IMG/VR virus record: IMGVR_UViG_3300018405_000049
Location: 1-30,777 of that record
Length of the DNA: 30,777 nucleotides
Reading direction: 5' to 3' (one strand)
Source: a virus
Lineage: Duplodnaviria > Caudoviricetes
The notes beneath the pieces are model-generated. The model ran no database searches, was not told the DNA's origin, and saw nothing but the letters and a program-made list of their open reading frames with translations. Positions 1-8,245 of this stretch are shown piece after piece; the stretch's first letter is position 1; each line of letters starts with the position of its first letter. Made by a program: the position numbers and the translations under genes.

Positions 1-2
1 AA

Positions 3-287
3 TCTATAATGTGCATTAATTTTTTTTTCAAGATCGTAGATAAGCCACTTTTCGTATTCAGCTAATGTTAGCTTTGCAGCTTGATCACTTTCAACCTCAA
101 ACCAAACACATCCATTGTGTACAAGGCCGGGTTCTAACGAACAGTTAATAACTTTATGCCCGACAGTAAAGCCGGCCTCGTCATTACGGGTAATATACGG
201 ATAAACATACACATCACCTTGTCGAACGGTGAATTTGTTGTCAGCTATCGAATATAAGTAGCAACCACGTTTTAATAATTCTTTCAT
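3..287 (-). CDS. Hypothetical protein, 3'-truncated by window edge (MKELLKRGCYLYSIADNKFTVRQGDVY...)
   Basis: Translated by hand: ATG at 287 with GGAGG RBS upstream, open for 95 codons to the window edge. Not in the ORF track. Confidence 0.7.
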   Translation of the reverse strand, partial: MKELLKRGCYLYSIADNKFTVRQGDVYVYPYITRNDEAGFTVGHKVINCSLEPGLVHNGCVWFEVESDQAAKLTLAEYEKWLIYDLEKKINAHYR

Positions 288-289
288 TA

Positions 290-487
290 TTATTTCCTCC
301 TTACTGGGATGTTAAAATTTTTAGATAAAAAGTTTGTGTTGATTGAATCGTCTGCAAATGCTGAACCCACAACGAATGCAAATTCTATACTCTCGTTTGA
401 CGCCAACACGCTGTCAACACCCTCTTTTTGTTCACTCTTTGCCGACTTTAATATAGATGTAATCTCTAGTGGTCTTAGTTTTCGCAT
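290..487 (-). CDS. Hypothetical protein (65 aa)
   Basis: ORF with AAGGAG RBS, packed between neighbours on the coding strand. Confidence 0.6.
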   Translation of the reverse strand: MRKLRPLEITSILKSAKSEQKEGVDSVLASNESIEFAFVVGSAFADDSINTNFLSKNFNIPVRRK

Positions 488-514
488 CTCATTTCTCCTT
501 TGTATGTCTTATAT

Positions 515-1375
515 TTAAATTAAACCTTGGTCTTGAAAGCTTTTTTTCATTGCAAAGAAAATATCCGATCGTAGTTTAACAACATCATTGACCACATAAT
601 GCCCTGTGTCTAAATCTTGAAACGGGCGTTGTATGGCATTAACAAGTTCTCGTTGGGTCGCCTCTCCAATGATATATCCGCGGTTATTGGGTTTTGGAAT
701 TGCAAATTTATACGTATCAACACTCGGATCAATATCGTATTCTGTATATATCACTTCTTGATCAAGATCGTTTACAGCGTCAGCGTATTCTGTTAGATTT
801 CCGTATTCACGACGTAACTTATCAAACTCGGTCTTCTCAAGTTGTACGTGTTGCGTAATAATATATCGTCGAGAGTCTGGATCCTTAGTCGGATATTGCA
901 ATGCGTTCTTCACTTCCGCGTCATTACACCAATGAACAGATCCGTCGTAACTAACTAGTTCTCGATTTAAGCGACCAAATCCGGTATTTGATCTTTGTAA
1001 ATCAGCAGCAGAATATGTTGTGGGGTTTCCATACTTAGAATTTAACATCGCAGTTATAGTAGCCACCGGTAAAGATTTATAAACCTCTTTTACAACCATT
1101 TCTTCGACTCTTTGAGCTATCGATGTTGTGAGATCTACAAGTTCACTCTTTGGAATTCGACTTTCAAATACTAAGTCATTAGTAAATATATCTTCTTTTT
1201 GTAGGAGCTCCATATAAATTTTGTCTTTTAATCTAGGACTTCGGTCATACCCCAACTGCCAGCATCTAAATGCAAAAGTATATGCTTCGTCCTTAGAAAT
1301 GTTACTAGCCTCTAATACATGTTTTTCAATTCGCTCAATATACTCTTGTTGTTCCTTTGGCATTTGTTCTCCCAT
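515..1375 (-). CDS. Hypothetical protein (~286 aa)
   Basis: Long ORF. ATG at 1375 preferred over the track start 1393 because AAAGGAG lies just upstream. No recognisable motif. Confidence 0.75.
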   Translation of the reverse strand: MGEQMPKEQQEYIERIEKHVLEASNISKDEAYTFAFRCWQLGYDRSPRLKDKIYMELLQKEDIFTNDLVFESRIPKSELVDLTTSIAQRVEEMVVKEVYKSLPVATITAMLNSKYGNPTTYSAADLQRSNTGFGRLNRELVSYDGSVHWCNDAEVKNALQYPTKDPDSRRYIITQHVQLEKTEFDKLRREYGNLTEYADAVNDLDQEVIYTEYDIDPSVDTYKFAIPKPNNRGYIIGEATQRELVNAIQRPFQDLDTGHYVVNDVVKLRSDIFFAMKKSFQDQGLI

Positions 1376-1676
1376 TTTCTTATCTCCTTTCAAGATATAA
1401 GTAATTTTATATAATACTCTAATGAGTTTGTTTACTTGGACATTGAGGTCAGGAGTAATAATGGTCCCGACCTCTAAAAGTGCTTTTTAATAAAATAGTA
1501 ATAAGGATTGTAAATACTTTTTTCGTTAATTTGTTTGTTGTTTAAATTTGTTAGTTATAACTTGTTTTTGTTTGTTTCCGAACGTCTGTTTTTGTACCAT
1601 TTTTTTCTTATTAAATTGTATTCTTTTTTGTTATAGATACTTTATCATATACTCACCTCTCCATCCTTAGATTTAT

Positions 1677-1705
1677 ATATTAATAGCTTACACTAAAAAT
1701 ATCAA
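1677..1705 (-). promoter_or_regulatory. Possible sigma-A-type promoter
   Basis: TTGATA-N17-TAATAT on the minus strand in the intergenic gap upstream of the 515-1375 gene. AT-rich context makes a chance match plausible. Confidence 0.3.
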
Positions 1706-1719
1706 GTCAAATATGTAAA

Positions 1720-1869
1720 TTAACCGATCCAATTCTGCTTGGCAAAAAATAAAGGAATACCAACTATTAGTGCCCATGTTAAATATGTAGCATCCTTGGA
1801 TAATAATGTAGTGATAATGCCAATAGCTATTATAGCAAGGGATGCTTTTTTATTCTTAATGTTTTTCAT
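1720..1869 (-). CDS. Small membrane protein (49 aa, MKNIKNKKASLAIIAIGIITTLLSKDATYLTWALIVGIPLFFAKQNWIG)
   Basis: Hand-translated. GAGGAG RBS, overlaps the stop region of the upstream gene, two hydrophobic segments. Confidence 0.7.
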   Translation of the reverse strand: MKNIKNKKASLAIIAIGIITTLLSKDATYLTWALIVGIPLFFAKQNWIG

Positions 1870-2161
1870 TCGTATTTCTCTCCTCTACAACTTTTAAATA
1901 TGCCGCCGCTCGTCGGGTATCGGTGATGCTCATCAATGTTTTAAGTTCTTGGTCGCTTACTGCACCGGACGCTATCATATCGATGTATCTTTGGGTTTCA
2001 CTTGCCAATTTATCAAGTTTCTCCTGATCCTTTGGTGTTTCCTTAAGTTTGAAAGTGTCCTTACACGCCAACATTACACAAGGCATTATGACCTGCATTA
2101 TAAAATGTTTAGACACAGTTTGTTGTTGCTTGTTTTTCTTTGTAATTTTTACTCTTTCCAT
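1856..2161 (-). CDS. Hypothetical protein (101 aa)
   Basis: ORF with AAGGAG RBS on the coding strand. Confidence 0.7.
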   Translation of the reverse strand: MERVKITKKNKQQQTVSKHFIMQVIMPCVMLACKDTFKLKETPKDQEKLDKLASETQRYIDMIASGAVSDQELKTLMSITDTRRAAAYLKVVEERNTNEKH

Positions 2162-2287
2162 CTTTTTTGCTCCTTTTTAGCTAAAACATGTTTTTTCTTC
2201 AAAACCCCGAAAAAACGAGGCTCTATTTTGCGTTCTAAGCGATTTTATTTAGTAGGGTGGATACTTAGTACCTCGTAAAAACTTGTA

Positions 2288-2613
2288 TTATTGCCCATAA
2301 TTTTTTATTTCGTTTATAGGGACGCCCTTTAAAATATGTTCGTCATCGTTTGGTGTATATGAACCTTTTTCAAACATAAAAGCAAGCATCGCAAAGTTCG
2401 CAACATCTACTAAATAATCTTTGTTCCCGGTTTCTATCCACTTTTGCAAACGAATATATATATATTATCTGTTGCGCTTATTGGGCACGTTGTTCGAGCA
2501 TAATTTTCCTTAGCTGGTCCGTATTTATGAAAACTTACAACCATAGCATTCTTACGCTTTTCGTCAAATGATTCGCTATATTCTGTTTTTAAAACTTGTT
2601 CTGGATTATTCAT
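2288..2613 (-). pseudogene. Frameshifted phage gene (107 aa if one AT unit is removed from the (AT)6 tract at 2454-2465)
   Basis: ATG 2613 with GGAGG RBS gives MNNPEQVLKTEYSESFDEKRKNAMVVSFHKYGPAKENY..., stopping after 59 aa. A second frame continues RLQKWIETGNKDYLVDVANFAMLAFMF... to TAA at 2288. The frames join exactly at the AT repeat. Confidence 0.75.
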
Positions 2614-2647
2614 AATATCTCCTCCTTAGTGTAGAAAAAATAAAAGA

Positions 2648-2720
2648 AAAAGAATATGGGAGTTGAACCCACAATCCACAGCAATACTGCTATGTGCTCT
2701 ACCGAATGAGCTAATTCTTC
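2648..2720 (-). ncRNA. tRNA-like cloverleaf with non-canonical anticodon arm (pseudo-tRNA or tRNA mimic)
   Basis: GAAGAAT-TA-GCTC ATTCGGTA GAGC-A-CATAG CAGTATTG CTGTG-GATT-GTGGG TTCAACT CCCAT-ATTCTTT-T: 7-bp acceptor stem, canonical D arm with GG, canonical TTC T-loop. The anticodon loop is 8 nt without U33 and there is no encoded CCA. Confidence 0.75.
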
Positions 2721-2748
2721 TTCATTATAGTACTTGTAATTTTCGCGT
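2720..2748 (-). promoter_or_regulatory. Phage promoter-like motif copy 1 (ACGCGAAAATTACAAGTACTATAATGAAG)
   Basis: One of three 29-bp gapless copies (2720-2748, 3083-3111, 29376-29404), directly upstream of the tRNA-like element. Confidence 0.7.
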
Positions 2749-2774
2749 AAAAGGAAAAGAAGCAGTTAGCTTCT
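2749..2774 (-). terminator. Intrinsic terminator
   Basis: AGAAGC-TAACT-GCTTCT hairpin followed by TTTCCTTTT, overlapping the stop of the 2766-3050 gene. Confidence 0.55.
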
Positions 2775-3050
2775 CTGATCCCAACCAAGCACTCTAAATG
2801 TTTCTTTAGCACTTTTACTAAGTTCAGATTCATCTTCTGTTTCTTCCTCATACAATTCACTATTATTTTTCTTTGATGTAAGTTTATCTTTAAGCGCTCC
2901 GACTGCTCCAATTACGGCAAAACTACCAACACAAATACCCGCTACTCCAACATTCATTAGGATTACTCCTTTCCAATGTTTCTTGTAGAATGTATTTGAT
3001 GCTTCCTGTAATACCGCATAATCTTTACAAAATTCTTTAACTGCTTTCAT
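2766..3050 (-). CDS. Hypothetical single-pass membrane protein (94 aa, MKAVKEFCKD...)
   Basis: ATG 3050 has a GGAGG RBS, so the track start at 3137 is likely over-extended through the promoter motif. Central hydrophobic segment and acidic tail. Confidence 0.7.
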   Translation of the reverse strand: MKAVKEFCKDYAVLQEASNTFYKKHWKGVILMNVGVAGICVGSFAVIGAVGALKDKLTSKKNNSELYEEETEDESELSKSAKETFRVLGWDQRS

Positions 3051-3082
3051 ACTGTTACCTCCAAAAATTACAATAATATATT

Positions 3083-3111
3083 CTTCATAATATAGCTTGT
3101 ATATTTCGCGT
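3083..3111 (-). promoter_or_regulatory. Phage promoter-like motif copy 2 (ACGCGAAATATACAAGCTATATTATGAAG)
   Basis: Matches copies 1 and 3 without gaps and lies ~30 bp upstream of ATG 3050. Confidence 0.7.
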
Positions 3112-3178
3112 ACTAAAACTTTTTTAGGAAATATCAACCCGGGAATTTTTTAGATATAGAAAAAGAAAGAGTCCTTGT

Positions 3179-3224
3179 AAAAATAGCGGATGTAAGTTAA
3201 CTAACAACTAAACACCCACTATTT
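3179..3224 (-). terminator. Long hairpin terminator ending the lysis/late transcript
   Basis: AAATAGTGGGTGT...ACATCCGCTATTT 13-bp stem (two G-U pairs that only work on the minus strand) ending in a T run, just downstream of the holin stop. Confidence 0.6.
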
Positions 3225-3238
3225 AATAATATGTATAT

Positions 3239-3472
3239 TTATGACTTATCATCCAAAATCACATCGACCTCTGGAAGACCCGTTGCAACACTTGTTAGTA
3301 TTGAATAGACTCCAGCGGCAACTGAAACAGATAGCATGTACGTCCATTGAACACCGCTCATAGCTGTGCCTACGGTAAATACACCAAGAGCCGTTTGAGC
3401 CATTGTTTTAATAGCACGTATAAATATAGCATAAAACCAATCTTTGGTTATTTTATTTTTTTTACGTTTCAT
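3239..3472 (-). CDS. Holin (r1t-type)
   Basis: RAIKTMAQTALG...W..MLSVSVAAGVYSILTSVATGLPEV is typical of the phage r1t holin family. Two TM segments, located at the end of the tail module. Confidence 0.85.
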   Translation of the reverse strand: MKRKKNKITKDWFYAIFIRAIKTMAQTALGVFTVGTAMSGVQWTYMLSVSVAAGVYSILTSVATGLPEVDVILDDKS

Positions 3473-3485
3473 TATTACCCTCCTA

Positions 3486-3791
3486 TTATAGTCCCAATTG
3501 TGATAACACTATGCCAAATATGGCTCCCACAATTAAAGTAATTAAAACATTTGTTAGGTTATCCCATCTTTTTGCAGGCTTCATTTTCAACTCATTAATA
3601 TCTTTTGTAATGGCTTCAAATTTTTTATCTATTGTCTTCTCTAGATTTTCCATTTTTTCCTCGATATTTTCAAGAGTAGTATTAATTTTTGCCATGGCTA
3701 TATCCCCCAAACGTAATTGTTCTCTATGTTCTATTACCTCGTCTCGAGTGTTAATTAACGCATCACACGGGCATGTTTTTTCGCTTGCCAT
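3486..3791 (-). CDS. Coiled-coil protein with C-terminal TM helix (XhlA-like lysis accessory)
   Basis: Heptad-rich body, KPAKRWD followed by a hydrophobic C-terminus, immediately upstream of the holin. Confidence 0.6.
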   Translation of the reverse strand: MASEKTCPCDALINTRDEVIEHREQLRLGDIAMAKINTTLENIEEKMENLEKTIDKKFEAITKDINELKMKPAKRWDNLTNVLITLIVGAIFGIVLSQLGL

Positions 3792-3829
3792 TATCGCCTC
3801 CTACTATCCATATGTGGATTAATAGTAAT

Positions 3830-3853
3830 ATAAAAGGGGGTCTAAGCCCCCTA
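3830..3853 (-). terminator. Intrinsic terminator
   Basis: AGGGGG-CTTAGA-CCCCCT hairpin followed by TTTATATT, downstream of the XkdX-like gene. Confidence 0.6.
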
Positions 3854-3862
3854 TATACAGTA

Positions 3863-4018
3863 TTAGTTTTGTGCTTGTGGTGTTGCTAGGATCATATCAC
3901 ATTCTTCTTGTGTAAGATATCCTTTGGTTACAGCTAAAGCTAGTTGCTCTGGTGTAATTTTTCTCATAATCCACATGTTTAAATAGAATCCATAATAGTA
4001 TATTGATAGTATACCCAT
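3863..4018 (-). CDS. XkdX-like small tail-associated protein (51 aa)
   Basis: Hand-translated MGILSIYYYGFYLNMWIMRKITPEQLALAVTKGYLTQEECDMILATPQAQN with AAAGGAGG RBS. The 'L..AV.KGYLT.EE...I' pattern and position after fibre genes fit XkdX-like proteins. Confidence 0.7.
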   Translation of the reverse strand: MGILSIYYYGFYLNMWIMRKITPEQLALAVTKGYLTQEECDMILATPQAQN

Positions 4019-4036
4019 ATCATTACCTCCTTTCGT

Positions 4037-4345
4037 TTATAATCCTAACATCATACCCATCATAGCGGTCTCTAAAGTAGAAACTCGCTCTTCAACGGTT
4101 GGTATTGGCACTGTTGGTTGTTCCGGTTCAGGGTCCGGTGGATCTACTGGAGCTGGCGTCGAAAATGTTTGAGTGATCGGGTCGTAAATATCATTAGCGT
4201 TAACCACCACATTTTCATCCACCGCTACACATTTAGATAAGAAATCCGGAGAGTATCTATCTGTAATTGGTATGCCCGGAAAGATTGGATCTTCTTCTGG
4301 AATAATCTCTACTGCTATATTATTAGATACGTATATATATTTCAT
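4037..4345 (-). CDS. Putative tail fibre assembly/accessory protein
   Basis: 102 aa with Pro-rich linker and C-terminal PTVEERVSTLE coiled motif, lying between a fibre gene and the XkdX-like gene. Confidence 0.55.
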   Translation of the reverse strand: MKYIYVSNNIAVEIIPEEDPIFPGIPITDRYSPDFLSKCVAVDENVVVNANDIYDPITQTFSTPAPVDPPDPEPEQPTVPIPTVEERVSTLETAMMGMMLGL

Positions 4346-4357
4346 TAATGTTTCCTC

Positions 4358-5182
4358 CTACCATAAAATAATTACTGCACCACCTGCACCACCACCAGAA
4401 GCCGATGATTGATAAGTGTTACCTGTTCCCGTGGAAGAAGCATTTCCACCTGGAACTCCTCCATATCCGCCACGACCGCTTATAGCTGTTCCGTCATTAG
4501 TACCCGTTACAGATGCACCGTAAGTTCCAGACCCCCCATTAAGACCTCCTGTGGAGTAAACTGCGCCACCTCCTCCACCACCGACACTAACAGGCATAGA
4601 TGTTATCGACTCTAATTTAATAGTTAATATTAGGATTTCTCCGGCATTTCCTCCGTTAGCATATGTATATCCGATATGACCTGCACCACCGCCGCCAGCA
4701 CCATAGCCAGATCCGCCGCCGCCAGATAAACCATTATAATTAGAGCCACCTCCTCCACCCTTTACAATACCGCCCGAAGAATCTCTCAACTCTGCGACGT
4801 AGCTTCCGTCGCCGCCAAGACCGGAGCTCACATTTCCAGCGGATGTGCCTCCTCCTCCTCCTCCTAGACCTGGTGGTTTTGTAACGCCGGCATTTCCGCC
4901 ATTTCCGCCATAAAAAGTCATTCCTAAAATATAACCGCCTGCACCGCCGCCGCCGCCAGCACCATTGCCTCGACCACCTCGGCATCCATTACTTGTGTCT
5001 GACCCGCCACTTGCAGTTCCGTATGAACCTAGCGAACTGGCACCGCCAGAGCCGCCCTTTTTCGAAGCGCTCATTCCACCTTGTCCTCCGCCAACAATAA
5101 TAGCAGTTATAGTATCACCTATTGCTAACCCGTAATCAGACGGGGAGAAAGTTCCACTAGCTTCAAATAATTTCATTCCCAT
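4358..5182 (-). CDS. Glycine-rich tail fibre / adhesin-like protein
   Basis: 274 aa with many GGGGG/GGxGG runs, N-terminal FEASGTF...IIVGGGQGG and C-terminal GGGAGGAVIILW typical of phage glycine-rich domains. Confidence 0.7.
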   Translation of the reverse strand: MGMKLFEASGTFSPSDYGLAIGDTITAIIVGGGQGGMSASKKGGSGGASSLGSYGTASGGSDTSNGCRGGRGNGAGGGGGAGGYILGMTFYGGNGGNAGVTKPPGLGGGGGGTSAGNVSSGLGGDGSYVAELRDSSGGIVKGGGGGSNYNGLSGGGGSGYGAGGGGAGHIGYTYANGGNAGEILILTIKLESITSMPVSVGGGGGGAVYSTGGLNGGSGTYGASVTGTNDGTAISGRGGYGGVPGGNASSTGTGNTYQSSASGGGAGGAVIILW

Positions 5183-5200
5183 AACACATAGTCCTTTCTA

Positions 5201-6250
5201 TTAAAAATGGTCTTCTAGATTTACTCTACCAGAAAGCATCATTTGTAATATTGATTGTTGATTTTTATCATTGCCAAATCTCGTCGAGGTAGAAGGAAGA
5301 TCACCTCCTTCACCCTGCAAGATAAAAGACGTTCCGTTATATATTACCGTTATGTATGACCCTGCAACAATCCCGGGTTTAACAGCTAGCCCTTTGGCTG
5401 TATATATCGCGTGCGCCCCTAAATCGTTTACATTTAATGTTGCCCCGGATTGTATGTCGGCGTGGATTTTTAATCTGATTGTTGATCCATCCGATAACGT
5501 TAGGTTTGGTATTGTTGCTACAAAAGCGCTACCAGACCCAGAAGTTGTTACCGGTATTGACATTTTTAAATTATTAATCTCATTTTGAATATTTCCGGCT
5601 GGGTCGTCTCCAAAAAGAGTTTTTATATAATCCAACCAACTTGTAAAGTCAGTCTCTTGAAGATCAATCCAGTTTAAAAATGCTGTTCGATTAGTATCAT
5701 TCCATTCACTAAACTGAGTCTGCCACTGAGCTACAATAGCATCTATAGTCATAGTTTGTAAAATACCTGTTACAAACGGACAAGATGTGGTACCAACTTT
5801 ATTAGTTATGTTAGCCTGTGTTATGGTACTTACCGCCGCACCTACATATATGTGTGCTAACGGGTACTGGTGAACATTTGTAGTGCTTACCATGGTGGGC
5901 GCTACTGGAGAAGTTCCAGGTGTACCCTTTATTATTTTAATACTATTATCTCTAACCGCAGTGTCGTTGTTTACTTCTAAAACCACAGCGTCAATTCGGT
6001 TTAGTATTGATTCTGACTGTGCGACAGTTAGTGGTAGGATAGCGTCATTATAAGTCCAAGTGCTATTAAACCATGCACGACCAATTCCAACTGATATATT
6101 CATACCGGTTGTGGCATTGACCATAAGAGCTGTTCCTATCGATTGAAATACTCCGTCGTTAATTATCCCGTTAAAAATGCTTGACATTTGACCTGCATTA
6201 AACTTTCGGTCATGGTTTATACCGTTAAAAAATCCAGAAGTTATAGTCAT
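5201..6250 (-). CDS. Minor tail / baseplate-fibre (receptor-binding) protein
   Basis: N-terminal SGFFN...DRKFNA..MS..F.GII.DGVF and RIDAVVL motifs of siphophage upper-baseplate proteins, with a C-terminal ATLNVNDLGA fibre-like domain. Confidence 0.7.
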   Translation of the reverse strand: MTITSGFFNGINHDRKFNAGQMSSIFNGIINDGVFQSIGTALMVNATTGMNISVGIGRAWFNSTWTYNDAILPLTVAQSESILNRIDAVVLEVNNDTAVRDNSIKIIKGTPGTSPVAPTMVSTTNVHQYPLAHIYVGAAVSTITQANITNKVGTTSCPFVTGILQTMTIDAIVAQWQTQFSEWNDTNRTAFLNWIDLQETDFTSWLDYIKTLFGDDPAGNIQNEINNLKMSIPVTTSGSGSAFVATIPNLTLSDGSTIRLKIHADIQSGATLNVNDLGAHAIYTAKGLAVKPGIVAGSYITVIYNGTSFILQGEGGDLPSTSTRFGNDKNQQSILQMMLSGRVNLEDHF

Positions 6251-6270
6251 TTTTATCTCCTTTCTGGTAG

Positions 6271-7338
6271 TTATACCTTGGCGAATGTTGGATATATCTT
6301 TGCCCCGGACACACTATCAGAATGTATGTATTCTATTACTCGTGTCTTGGTTTCCATACCATATTCGTTTGTTATTTGCACAATGTCGCCCATATAATAA
6401 TCCCGGCCATATTTATATATGCTGGAGCTATCGACCTCACCATCAAATGATGTCGTAAATATATTAGCGGCCAAGGTTTCAACTCCTTTTTGTGCGAGTT
6501 GAGCTTTGTACTGCGTATCTGTTAATGCCCCACCAGAGGTGTTAGACGATATACTTCTTGCATCGGTGAATATCTCTCTCCTAGATAAATCTGTTCCAGC
6601 TCCAGTAGTCGCATTAACAATTGTTGTTTTCCTAGCAGAACCCTCGCCCTCTCCACCGACAAGGGTAACGGTTCTTGTTGTTTTGTTGGACTCTACATAA
6701 TTACTATTTATTAGATTCTCGAATTTGGGAGAGAACACAATATACGGATTAGTTAATTGATCGTATGATCTATTAATTCCGGTATACAATTTAAATTTAA
6801 ATTTGTTGTCATCGGTAAGGGTTACTTTAAAACCTATATTATTTGCTTCGCATAACTGTTGAATTGCTGTATAAAGATTATCCCCGAAATACTGAGCGTT
6901 AATTGTTAGTGCTGTAATTATAGGGTCTGTTGATGCTTCAAATATAAAGTTAGCTATCTTTCTATCAGTAATTGTTGGGCTTATAATATTTTCATTAAGA
7001 AGTTGTTGTATTCCCGTTTGAAGATTACCAGTTAGTATGGTTTGGTTCCAAATTATTCGTCCGTCAAGAATTGATTCTAAAGACCGACCCGTCACCGTAA
7101 GATGTTTACCTTTTTCTACATCGGTGTCTATTTCTCGACCTTCGATAATCATAACATGTTCTGAAGTGCTTAACCATAGGTAATATGACGGTTTAAGAAG
7201 CGATAACATCTCAGTATTAGCTTGTAGATATATTTCGAAATCGCCAGATTTAAAATATCTATCAGTCCATATGAGAGATTCATAAGCATCCAAAACGGCT
7301 ATCGTTTTAAGAGAGGTATCTAATACTAAAATATTCAT
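6271..7338 (-). CDS. Siphovirus Gp37-like (ReqiPepy6-type) tail hub protein
   Basis: YESLIWTDRY...GDFEIY, VGGEGEG, RREIFTDAR and YGRDYYMGDIV motifs. Follows the Dit gene. Confidence 0.8.
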   Translation of the reverse strand: MNILVLDTSLKTIAVLDAYESLIWTDRYFKSGDFEIYLQANTEMLSLLKPSYYLWLSTSEHVMIIEGREIDTDVEKGKHLTVTGRSLESILDGRIIWNQTILTGNLQTGIQQLLNENIISPTITDRKIANFIFEASTDPIITALTINAQYFGDNLYTAIQQLCEANNIGFKVTLTDDNKFKFKLYTGINRSYDQLTNPYIVFSPKFENLINSNYVESNKTTRTVTLVGGEGEGSARKTTIVNATTGAGTDLSRREIFTDARSISSNTSGGALTDTQYKAQLAQKGVETLAANIFTTSFDGEVDSSSIYKYGRDYYMGDIVQITNEYGMETKTRVIEYIHSDSVSGAKIYPTFAKV

Positions 7339-7339
7339 A

Positions 7340-8245
7340 TTAAACCCCCTCGTAAACCGTTTTATTTTCTATTTTGAATTGTAAGTTCGATGTTCCTGAA
7401 TCGGCCGTGTAAGCAAACAGATTATCACCCCTTGTTATTTGTATCCAGTCAACGTTCTTATCTAGACAATTAATTATGTTAGTTGTTACGCCCGCTCGAA
7501 GTAGTGTTATAAATTTATTACCGCTCACTGTTGATATCGTGATATCGTCACCGGCAATTATTCCAGATCCGGTTAGCGATATAAGTTTTGCGCTGTCTAA
7601 TCTAATAGTTTCATGTGTCCCAACATTCACAATTGTTACATTAGTAGCCGGTCCAATAGCGTGCATTGTTATGGTGACACCTACTTCTGAATCACCAGTA
7701 TAATACACTGTCTGAGTCGTCAAATTAACGATCTCACCAAACTCTATTAGGTTTTCAGTTACTGAATTGTTTTCAAACTCAAACTCAAACTCCGGAACAA
7801 TCCCCGAAAATATGGTGGTTTGTGTATCCAACGAATAAAAATACGGATCTGGGCAAATTATTGATATATTTGTAGTTGAACTTTTAGCAAAAACATCTGG
7901 ATCGTTTAACTCCACACATCCATATGCATAACAAACTCTGTTGTCGGTCGTAAATTGTAACTTGATTCGTTTCTTAATCGGAAAATATTTGTATGCTAAT
8001 AGACGAGAATCTTCAATAGTTGGGTTTGGTAAGAACTTAATTTTTAGTGTTATATTTCTCGAATTTACTCTAGACGACGTATAAGATGCACCGTCGTTCG
8101 TAGCATTCTCAACAATATTTATATCGGCTTTTGGAGGTCCTAACCCATCTATTTTTTGAATAAGAAACCCAGATTTTTCCGGGCTTCCTAATTCCATATC
8201 AATAGACTCGTCTAGGTGATTGGTAACGGTAAGTATTTTAATCAT
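7340..8245 (-). CDS. Distal tail protein (Dit)
   Basis: Directly after the tape measure gene, with IDGLGPP, RNITL and ICPDPYFY motifs. Confidence 0.8.
   Translation of the reverse strand: MIKILTVTNHLDESIDMELGSPEKSGFLIQKIDGLGPPKADINIVENATNDGASYTSSRVNSRNITLKIKFLPNPTIEDSRLLAYKYFPIKKRIKLQFTTDNRVCYAYGCVELNDPDVFAKSSTTNISIICPDPYFYSLDTQTTIFSGIVPEFEFEFENNSVTENLIEFGEIVNLTTQTVYYTGDSEVGVTITMHAIGPATNVTIVNVGTHETIRLDSAKLISLTGSGIIAGDDITISTVSGNKFITLLRAGVTTNIINCLDKNVDWIQITRGDNLFAYTADSGTSNLQFKIENKTVYEGV

Noticed and set aside
2165-2287. Intergenic stretch that might be a recombination (res-like) site
   Set aside because: Only weak partial symmetry, no second copy and no recombinase in view, so it cannot be supported.
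2648-2720. Assignment as a functional tRNA-Tyr (GTA) or as an attP site
   Set aside because: The loop is 8 nt without U33, so no anticodon can be assigned reliably. No integrase is present in the window.
2711-2911. 66-aa minus-strand ORF
   Set aside because: Alternative frame overlapping the 2766-3050 gene, its terminator and the promoter motif.
4740-4985. Arg/Trp-rich 81-aa alternative-frame ORF
   Set aside because: Frame-shifted reading of the GGC/GGA/GGT glycine codon runs of the fibre gene.
4358-6250. Diversity-generating retroelement targeting the fibre genes
   Set aside because: No reverse transcriptase and no template/variable repeat pair seen in the window.
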